Source: Acidobacteriota bacterium (GTDB lineage: Bacteria > Acidobacteriota > UBA890 > WLXD01). Taken from it: a stretch of 64,000 nucleotides of DNA. Location of the stretch: contig CBDFKD010000002.1 of NCBI GenBank assembly GCA_965248695.1, positions 2,848,001 to 2,912,000 of the forward strand, given 5' to 3'. Below are positions 19,483 through 27,352 of the stretch, one piece after another (the stretch's first letter is position 1; each line of letters begins with the position of its first letter). Position numbers and translations under genes: made by a program. The notes beneath the pieces are model-generated. The model had not been told where the DNA came from, ran no database searches, and saw only the letters and a program-made list of their open reading frames with translations.

Positions 19483-20680
19483 CGGCGGCGATGGGAGATC
19501 CGGAGGAGCTCTCCGCGTCGAGGTACGTCAACGTCTTGCCGACCCTCAGTGGCGCCGAAGCTATGACCTCGGCGATGCGCGCGCCGGCGGCGCCGTCACC
19601 GAACATCAACGAGCGCTCGTGGCGACCGTGCGCCATCTGGTGCTCGATCGCCGCGCCGATCGCATCTGCTTCGTGCGGAACATCCATGACGTTCTCGGCT
19701 CGTTCGCGGCCGTGTTGTCGACTGCCGATATTCACGCATGGGGTACCGAGGAAAGCTCCCTCACGAAGCCCTGAGGAGGAGTTGCCGACGACGCACACGG
19801 CGCTGCGCAGGAGCCGAGCGTAGTCTTCCGCCGAAAAGTGACGGTATAGCCTCAGGTAGTCGGGCTGGTGCTTCTCACGAAACACGCGCAACCCCTTCGA
19901 GATGTCGTCGGATCCGGCATCGACGTTGGGCCACAGCCAGACGACCTGGGTGCCCTGTCGCCCGATCCGACCCACCGCCTCGAGCGTCTGGGCGACCTGG
20001 TCCAGCCCCTGGCCGTACTCCGTGGTCACGGGATGCTGAAGAACGATCATGTACGGCTTGGTCGAATCGAGCTCCGCCCCGACGCCGCCGGGCCGCTCGA
20101 AGATATCCGCCGGCAGAGTAAGGTCGTTGTCGACAAGAAGGTCGAGAGAGGGACATCCGGTGAGGTGCACGGTGTCGGGATCCTCTCCGAGGCGAAGGAG
20201 GAAATCCCGAGCACGTTGGGTAGCGGGGAAGTGCAGGTGCGACAGCTTGGTGACAGCGTGACGCACGCTCTCATCGATCGAACCAGTTACCTCGCCGCCC
20301 TGAGTGTGGGCAACGGGAATGTTCATGTAGCTCGCCGCAATGGCGGTGGCAATCGTCTCGAACCGATCCGCAACGGTGAGCACGACGTCCGGTCGCAGGT
20401 TGTCGAAGTGGGTCGCCAGCTCGACGATTCCCAGGCCGGTTGATTTCGCCATTGTCGTCGGCGTCTCGCCTTCGACGATCGTGTGCACGACCCTGTCCGG
20501 TTCGAACCCGTCTTCCCTGATCAGGTCGACGACTCGGCCGAAGCGATACAACAACGCCGAGGCGCCGACAATGAGCTGTAGCTCGAGGTCCGAGCGAGCC
20601 TGGGCGGCCTCGAGGAAGCTCTTGATCCGAGCATAGTTCGCGCGGCTGTTGACGATCGCGCAGACCTTACGTGTCGGCAT
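19466..20680 (-). CDS. neuC: UDP-N-acetylglucosamine 2-epimerase (hydrolysing)
   Basis: SRANY, ADRFE, HTQGGE, DESVRHAVTKLSHLHF, LQHPVT, GNSSSG, NIGSRQ; start ATG 20680. Confidence 0.93.
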   Translation of the reverse strand: MPTRKVCAIVNSRANYARIKSFLEAAQARSDLELQLIVGASALLYRFGRVVDLIREDGFEPDRVVHTIVEGETPTTMAKSTGLGIVELATHFDNLRPDVVLTVADRFETIATAIAASYMNIPVAHTQGGEVTGSIDESVRHAVTKLSHLHFPATQRARDFLLRLGEDPDTVHLTGCPSLDLLVDNDLTLPADIFERPGGVGAELDSTKPYMIVLQHPVTTEYGQGLDQVAQTLEAVGRIGRQGTQVVWLWPNVDAGSDDISKGLRVFREKHQPDYLRLYRHFSAEDYARLLRSAVCVVGNSSSGLREGAFLGTPCVNIGSRQHGRERAENVMDVPHEADAIGAAIEHQMAHGRHERSLMFGDGAAGARIAEVIASAPLRVGKTLTYLDAESSSGSPIAAVDASE

Positions 20681-21707
20681 CCAGGTCCTCCCAGCGAAGC
20701 AACCTTGCGGGCTCCACGTCCCGCGCCAGGCGTCGGCCAATCAGGTCGTCGAGGGCGTCGGCAGAGATGCCGGTCGCCGGTTTCTTGAACGCGAGCATCT
20801 CGCGAGTCAATCGCGTGCCGGCGGCAAGCGGCCTCGCGGGCGCCACACTCTTACCGAACATCTCACGTGTTTCTGTGAGCAATTCTGCAATCTCATCCTT
20901 GTCCACCGGACGAGTGTCCATCTCGTGGAACGCATCTCGGGCACGCACAAGCTGTGCCAGCTCGTCGAAGGTGAGCGAGGCGGTGACATCCGGACCGAAC
21001 ATCGCTCGATCGAAAGTCACATGAACTTCGATCATCCGCGCCCCGCGAGCCAGTGCTGCAAGCGCAGGATACGGGGTACCGGAATGGTCAGAAAGCCCTA
21101 CCGGGCAACCGTACCGTGCGCTCATGTCCGCGAGCGCGTTGAGGCCTACGGCATCAAGCGGCGTCGGATACTGACTGGTGCACTGGAGCAGCAGGAACTC
21201 GGCGTCGCGCTGGCGCAGAAAAGCGACCACGCTATCGATGTCCGCCCAGCTGCTCATCCCGGTGCTGACCAGGATCGGGCCTCCTGCGACGAGCATGTCC
21301 TCGATCAAATCGCGACCGCGCACTTCCCCGGAGCCGACCTTCCAGGCAGGCACCCCGAGATCACGGAGCAGCTGCACCGCCTCCCGTGAGAAGGGCGAGC
21401 TGAGAAAATGCAGGCCGCGCCGGCGCGCGTGATCCGCCAGCTGTGCCCATTGCTCCGTCGAGAACTCCATGCGCTGCCAATAATCGTAGCGGCTGGCGTC
21501 CTGGGTACTGAAGCGCACCCGGAACGGCTCATCCAGCGTCGACTCGGCGGCCGCGATATGCGTCTGAAATTTGACCGCATCGGCGCCAGCATCGGCCACA
21601 GCGTCGACAAACGCGTGCGCTGTGCCCAGCGACCCGTCATGCGCCTGCGCCACTTCGGCGACAAGGATCGGCTTGCCCGAGGAGATGTCGAACGAAGGAT
21701 CTGTCAT
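20667..21707 (-). CDS. neuB: N-acetylneuraminate (nonulosonate) synthase with C-terminal SAF domain
   Basis: VAEVAQAHDG, AVKFQ, LSSPF, KVGSGE, QCTSQYP, GLSDHS, KKPATGI. Confidence 0.95.
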   Translation of the reverse strand: MTDPSFDISSGKPILVAEVAQAHDGSLGTAHAFVDAVADAGADAVKFQTHIAAAESTLDEPFRVRFSTQDASRYDYWQRMEFSTEQWAQLADHARRRGLHFLSSPFSREAVQLLRDLGVPAWKVGSGEVRGRDLIEDMLVAGGPILVSTGMSSWADIDSVVAFLRQRDAEFLLLQCTSQYPTPLDAVGLNALADMSARYGCPVGLSDHSGTPYPALAALARGARMIEVHVTFDRAMFGPDVTASLTFDELAQLVRARDAFHEMDTRPVDKDEIAELLTETREMFGKSVAPARPLAAGTRLTREMLAFKKPATGISADALDDLIGRRLARDVEPARLLRWEDLDADT

Positions 21708-21796
21708 TGCTTCCTACCCGTCATGCTGCGCCACTATTTGATCGCATCCGACGATTCTCTGCTGCCCCTGATATCGGCCTGAGGCCCACGAGCCCT

Positions 21797-23614
21797 CTAC
21801 GTAGCGTCCGAGTTGGTGACGCCGGCCGCCATGGTCCTGAAACGACTATTGTCGCGTAGCAGCTCGTCGAAGCTCCCGACGCCAACCAACCGACCCTCTT
21901 CCAGGAGAAATATCCGGTCGACATCCCGGACCGTCGTCAGCCGGTGCGCTATCAGGATAATGGTCCTGTCCTTCTCCAGCCGGGCAATGGACTCCATCAC
22001 GGCGCGCTCGGTGGTGGTGTCGAGGGAGCTGGTCGCCTCGTCCAAGATCAGAACCGTAGGATCTGCGTAGAGAGCGCGAGCAATACCGAGTCGCTGACGT
22101 TGTCCGCCGGAGAGTCGAACCCCTCGCTCGCCAACGACGGTCTCATAGCCGTGCGGGAGTTGCTCGGCGATGAACTCGTGTAGCTGGGCCATGCCGGCGG
22201 CTCTCTCGATCGCCTCGTAGTCGATCTCCCGCTCCGGAACTCCGAACGCGATGTTCGCAGCGACGCTGTTGTCCGACAAGTAGATATCTTGCGGAACATA
22301 GCCGATCGAGTCCTGCCACTGACGCATCGTAGCTTCGTCCAGAAGCACCCCATCGACTCGAATCTCTCCCTGTCTCGGACGCAGAAGGCCGAGAGTCAGA
22401 TCGACGACCGTTGTTTTCCCCGCGCCGGTGCCGCCGACAATGGCCACGCTGCTGCGCGCCGGAATCTCGAGGCTCAGATCGTGGATCACCACGTTTTCGC
22501 TTTCTGGGTAGGTATAGCTGACGCCGAGCCATTGAATTCGGTCATCGAGCGACAACCGCTGTCGTTGGCGCGCGGCCCCCAACTGCGTTCGAGATTCGGA
22601 GTACAGATCCGCGTGGATATTCGCCACCGTCGGTAGGCCGAACCGAAGGTTGGTTCCGGCGGTGTATATCTGCTGAACCGCAGGCAGCAGTCGGGACGCC
22701 GCCAGTGCGTAGACGCCTAGCACGGGAAGCACTCCGCCCAGCTCTTTGCCGGTCGCCATCAGAAAGACCGTCAACGCCAGGATCCCTCCGAAAGCGAGTG
22801 CTTCGACCACGTAGCGTGGTAACACCGACAGCGTGCCGACGGCGACCTTGTGTCGCGAGAAACGGAGTGAGGGGCGCAGGAACCGTTTCAGGTAGAACTC
22901 CTCGCGACCCGTGAGCTTGAGGGCCTTGATGCCGCCGAAGGCCTCGGACGCTGCGGTGAAGCGCTCCCGGTTGGCGCGCAACCGATCCTGCCCGCGGCGC
23001 TCGAGCATCCGGCTGACGCTGAAGTAGATGCCCAGATACACCGTACCCGCCAACAGGGCCACGACCCGGGCCACCGACGCGTCGACGATTACCAGCAGGA
23101 CGACCAGCGCGCCTGCGAGCAATCCGAAAGCCGGAATACGTAGACACGGACGGAAGACGTAGTTCACGAGGACGTCAACTTCCGATAGCAAGCTCTTCGA
23201 CAGGTCCGCAGAATTACGACCCAGGAAGAACGTGTATGGCCTTCCCAGATATCGTCGAAACAGCCGCGTGCTCAGGGAGTGGCGGCGCATTTCTACAAAG
23301 CGCACCATGGCGTACTCGGTGACCAAACGGATGAGCGCGCTGACGAGCACCATCGCCAGCGAAGCAACACCGAGCACGAGCAAGAAGTCGTCCACCGACG
23401 TCATGCCCAGGACCTCGTATGCGCTCCGCAGCCGTGGATCCGTCCGCGCAATCTCGGGACTCCCGAGCACGGCGAGGAACGGGATCACGGACGCCACTCC
23501 GATGGTCTCGAGCAAGGCACTGACGGCCATCAGACCGCCCACCAGAGTGCCGCGCCTGAGCTCCTTGGGCGTTAGCAACCCGAGGATCATTCGCAGACTC
23601 GTTGCCGTCTTCAT
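21797..23614 (-). CDS. ABC transporter permease+ATPase (PglK/MsbA-like lipid-linked glycan flippase)
   Basis: 6-TM domain, Walker A GGTGAGKT, LSGGQRQR, ILDEATSSLD; likely start ATG 23614. Confidence 0.92.
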   Translation of the reverse strand: MKTATSLRMILGLLTPKELRRGTLVGGLMAVSALLETIGVASVIPFLAVLGSPEIARTDPRLRSAYEVLGMTSVDDFLLVLGVASLAMVLVSALIRLVTEYAMVRFVEMRRHSLSTRLFRRYLGRPYTFFLGRNSADLSKSLLSEVDVLVNYVFRPCLRIPAFGLLAGALVVLLVIVDASVARVVALLAGTVYLGIYFSVSRMLERRGQDRLRANRERFTAASEAFGGIKALKLTGREEFYLKRFLRPSLRFSRHKVAVGTLSVLPRYVVEALAFGGILALTVFLMATGKELGGVLPVLGVYALAASRLLPAVQQIYTAGTNLRFGLPTVANIHADLYSESRTQLGAARQRQRLSLDDRIQWLGVSYTYPESENVVIHDLSLEIPARSSVAIVGGTGAGKTTVVDLTLGLLRPRQGEIRVDGVLLDEATMRQWQDSIGYVPQDIYLSDNSVAANIAFGVPEREIDYEAIERAAGMAQLHEFIAEQLPHGYETVVGERGVRLSGGQRQRLGIARALYADPTVLILDEATSSLDTTTERAVMESIARLEKDRTIILIAHRLTTVRDVDRIFLLEEGRLVGVGSFDELLRDNSRFRTMAAGVTNSDAT

Positions 23615-23690
23615 CTGCGGACGCCTGACAACCGTGCCACGGCGAACACCCGGCCGAAGCAAGGCACCCCGGGGCCGGCAACCGATTCGG

Positions 23691-24830
23691 TCACGCCACG
23701 CCACGGGATACGAGGTTGAGAAACATTTTCTCGTACTCGGCGCAGATCCTCTCGATTCCGAAGCGGTCGCGGACACGCGCCTCGATGAGCGCCGCATCGA
23801 GGGCGTCTGTCGCATCCAGCGCGTCCAGGATAGTCCGTGCCAGACCGCCGGGATCGTCGGGCGGCGCCAACCATCCGTTGCTCCCCTCCTCGACGATCTC
23901 CGTACCGCCGCCAGGGCAGTCGGTTGCCACCACAGGGATTCCCAGACCCAACGACTCGAGCATCGAGTTCGATAGCCCCTCGTATCGAGAAGACGACACG
24001 AACAGGTCGGCCGCACGAATCGCCGGGAACGGATTCTCGCAGAATCCCGGTAGATGAACCGACCCCACGAGACCCTCGGCGTCTATCTGCGCTTCTAGAT
24101 CGGCTCGGTCCTCGCCTTCGCCGAGGACCGTCAACGTCGCCTCGACCCGTTCTCTACGAACCGCGGCAAAGGCCTCCAAGAGCACATCGTACCCCTTCTG
24201 CCAACTCAGGCGTCCGACGGAAACAAGGTGCGGCCCAGTACCTCCGCGACCGATAAACTCGGCGCTCGACAGCGGCTCAGATGCCGCCGCCTTGATGCGG
24301 TCGATGTCCACCGGGTTGTAGATGCGCACAAAACGTTTCCGAGACGCCGGGAGACGTCCCACGGCGTCCTGAATCATGAAGTCGCTCTGGGCGACGACCC
24401 GATCGGCCCCCAGCACCATGAGGGTCGAAGCTAGCGTCTGGGCCCACCGAGCCCATGGCGCGCGCCGACCCGCTTCGTCGAGGAAAGCACCAATGGTGTT
24501 GCCGAGCCGAGTTATGACCCGGGTTCCCGATGGGTAACGAGGACGAGCGAGCACTGAGGCGACTGCCAAGCCGAGCGTGGCCATGACCACGTCTGGCCTC
24601 CAATCTCGAACGACTCGTGCGAGAGGAAGAACACAGCGCCGCGCTCGTTTGGCACCGAGCTCGAAGATACGGACGTCCTGTGGAACGTCCCGCACGAACA
24701 CCCCCTCGCGGAGACCGACCGCCAGGGCCACCTTGAACCGGTTTCGATCGAGACCACGGGCCAAGTGGACAATGACTCTCTCGGCCCCCCCGCCCTGGAG
24801 ATTGGGCACAACGAACAGAACCCGAATCAC
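23691..24830 (-). CDS. Glycosyltransferase family 4
   Basis: GGGAERV, VGRLSWQKG, SSRYEGLSNSMLES. Confidence 0.93.
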   Translation of the reverse strand: MIRVLFVVPNLQGGGAERVIVHLARGLDRNRFKVALAVGLREGVFVRDVPQDVRIFELGAKRARRCVLPLARVVRDWRPDVVMATLGLAVASVLARPRYPSGTRVITRLGNTIGAFLDEAGRRAPWARWAQTLASTLMVLGADRVVAQSDFMIQDAVGRLPASRKRFVRIYNPVDIDRIKAAASEPLSSAEFIGRGGTGPHLVSVGRLSWQKGYDVLLEAFAAVRRERVEATLTVLGEGEDRADLEAQIDAEGLVGSVHLPGFCENPFPAIRAADLFVSSSRYEGLSNSMLESLGLGIPVVATDCPGGGTEIVEEGSNGWLAPPDDPGGLARTILDALDATDALDAALIEARVRDRFGIERICAEYEKMFLNLVSRGVA

Positions 24831-24834
24831 GCGA

Positions 24835-25761
24835 TTACCCGGCTCGCGCCGCTGCTTGATCGCCGCCGCTCTTGACGAATCTCCCCTTCAGTGAGTCACC
24901 GAGCCGTGTGGCACTCAGGATTGCGTTGAGGCCACCCTTCACCCAGCGCAATCCGCGCCCACGCTCGAGGGCACGCCGTACCACCTCGTCGGCGTCGTTC
25001 TTTCCTATCTCGAGATGGCGCTGTCCGGCGCGACTCTTGCGAAACCGAGTCGGGCTGAAGCCGGTTGTTCTGATCGATTCGCTCCGAAGCTCTAGCTCCG
25101 TCAAGAGCCGTCTCAACGTGGATGCGGTGAAATAGCTCAGGTGCGCAGGATACTCGATGACGTTCCACGACTGGCGCAGGATTCGCCTGGAGACCGAATC
25201 GAAGTTCGGTGTGGTGATGTAGAGCAGCCCGCCTGGCCTGAGGGCCGTCAGAATCGCCTGCAGCCCGAGTCTCGGCTCCGGCATGTGTTCGATCACCTCG
25301 ATCATGGCGATGATATCGAAGTGGTCAGGATCGAAAACAGCGGGACTGTAGTCGCCTTCGACCATCACGAACCCGCGTTCGCGGCCGTGACGGAGCGCGT
25401 CCTCGGAGTACTCGGTGCCGTAACACTCCCACCCCCGGGCCTGCGCCGCTTCGAGCAACAACCCGCGCCCACAGCCAATATCCAGGATCCGGCCGCTCCG
25501 GCGGTAGGGCTCGAAGGAGTCGGCGAGCTCACCCAGTCTTCTGCGGGTAGCGTCCGAGACCCAAGCATCGGGATCGTACTTTCTCTCGTACTTGTGCGCG
25601 TAGTGCGCCTCGAGCTCCTCAGCAGACGGCGTCCTGGCCGCGTGGACAAAGCCGCAGCTGCTGCAGATGCCCAGATAGGCACGCTCGTAACCCTTGAGCG
25701 GTGCGAGCGCGCCGCGCCGACAGCAGGGACAATCGTCACGACCTAAAGGAGCCAACACCAT
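24835..25761 (-). CDS. Class I SAM-dependent methyltransferase with N-terminal Zn ribbon
   Basis: CPCC..CSSC, ILDIGCGRG, EVIEH, LRPGGLLYITTPN, HLSYF. Confidence 0.9.
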   Translation of the reverse strand: MVLAPLGRDDCPCCRRGALAPLKGYERAYLGICSSCGFVHAARTPSAEELEAHYAHKYERKYDPDAWVSDATRRRLGELADSFEPYRRSGRILDIGCGRGLLLEAAQARGWECYGTEYSEDALRHGRERGFVMVEGDYSPAVFDPDHFDIIAMIEVIEHMPEPRLGLQAILTALRPGGLLYITTPNFDSVSRRILRQSWNVIEYPAHLSYFTASTLRRLLTELELRSESIRTTGFSPTRFRKSRAGQRHLEIGKNDADEVVRRALERGRGLRWVKGGLNAILSATRLGDSLKGRFVKSGGDQAAARAG

Positions 25762-26162
25762 GTGCCTGTATCGTCGCTTCTACGGATCCGTCGGAGGTGG
25801 ACGGACGCTGATTGTGGCTGCTTGCGAGACGGCTTCGGTGGCCGTCAGACACTGGACATGAGGGGCGAATCGCGCCATCGGGAGGGCTGCCGGAGGAGCC
25901 AGTGCGTGCCGAATTCGAAACGCCCGCTTAGTCAGCCTAGCCTACAACGCTCTCGGGAACGTTAGCGTTCGGTTCACACTCGAGGAGTCTTCTGCGCGCC
26001 GGTTTGGTTTGCGGCAATTGTGACTCCCGGTAGGGGCGCTTGCCGCGCTCGGTCGTCGGATCCAACCTGGCCTAGCCGGAGTCCAAGCGAGAAGAAGGAG
26101 GTGTGAATCGAATGCGCCGCGCCGCTGGACTACGATAACGACAGGACCATGAAGACAACGAC

Positions 26163-27275
26163 ATGAACCGCCGCGAGGACCTCACGAGTATGGTCAGCGA
26201 GACTAGCCAGGGTCTTGCTCCAACGGAGCACACGGTGACCCGGAAACGGATGGCCGTCTTCGCCCTCCTGACGGCCGTCCTCTGCATCGTGTTGGTCACC
26301 GCGGCACTGCTGGCTGTCGACGTCTTCTATGTTCATCCCAAATTCGACGAGGTGATCGGCCTCAACATCTGGGGCTACAGAGGCCCGGTCGTCGGTCGCA
26401 AGGAGCCCGGCGAACAGCGCGTCGTAGTCGTCGGCGGGAGCACGGCGCTGGGGTACGGCGTGCTCTGGAGCGAGGCCATTTCCGCAGTCTTGCAAGACCT
26501 GTTGAGTCAGGAACAGAAGTCTGGTGCTGGCGAGGTGTCCGTGGTCAATCTCGCTTACAACAACGAGGGCTCGTACTCGCTCCAATTCACGTTACAGGAC
26601 TACGACTATCTCGAGTACGACGCAGTTCTGTTCTACAGCGGCTACAACAACCTCAAGGACTTCAACCCGCAGGTACATCGCCACAAATCTCCGATATTCC
26701 GTTTGACGGGCTACTACCCTCTGCTGCCGCTCGTGATGTCGGAGAAGGCGATGGCGATTCGGTACGGTGGCGACCTTGATGCTGCGTATCGGGACGACAA
26801 GACCGTTTTCAGACCCGGACTCGCGGAGCGCGCGACTGCTAGCGCTCTCGAACAAGCCAACGCTATCGGCGAGGCACTCGGGCGCCAGCTGGCGCGTGCA
26901 ATCCCAGACGCAGAAGGCGCCGATTCGGGGTTGGTCGGAGATACCTGCGGTAGGTGGCCAAGGTACTGCGATGAGATGTATGTAGCGGTCAAATCCGTGT
27001 TGGATCGCGGCAAGCGCGCGCTCGTCGTCTCCCAGCCTCTTCTTCGCAACGGTCAGGGCAACGTTGGCGAGAAGCACCGCGAACAACAACGCCTGGTGGT
27101 CGCCTATCTGCGTCAGCGGCTAGGTGAAGATCCGAAGCTCCGCTTCGTTGACTTGAGGTCGGCGCTGAATCTCACGGATCCGCTGCTGGCTTGGGACGGT
27201 GTACACCTGACGGTCGCGGGGAATCGCCAGGTCGCCGAGCGCCTCGTGGAGCCTGTTCGTCAATTGTTGCAGTGA
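26163..27275 (+). CDS. SGNH/GDSL hydrolase-family protein with N-terminal anchor
   Basis: VVGGSTALG, YSGYNN, DGVH catalytic blocks. Confidence 0.82.
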   Translation: MNRREDLTSMVSETSQGLAPTEHTVTRKRMAVFALLTAVLCIVLVTAALLAVDVFYVHPKFDEVIGLNIWGYRGPVVGRKEPGEQRVVVVGGSTALGYGVLWSEAISAVLQDLLSQEQKSGAGEVSVVNLAYNNEGSYSLQFTLQDYDYLEYDAVLFYSGYNNLKDFNPQVHRHKSPIFRLTGYYPLLPLVMSEKAMAIRYGGDLDAAYRDDKTVFRPGLAERATASALEQANAIGEALGRQLARAIPDAEGADSGLVGDTCGRWPRYCDEMYVAVKSVLDRGKRALVVSQPLLRNGQGNVGEKHREQQRLVVAYLRQRLGEDPKLRFVDLRSALNLTDPLLAWDGVHLTVAGNRQVAERLVEPVRQLLQ

Positions 27276-27352
27276 CGACAGACCTGAGTTGTTTCGTTCA
27301 AGCGCTCGCGAGTCCGTCGTTCCAGCTTTGCGCCAGAAGGTAGGGTCCCACC

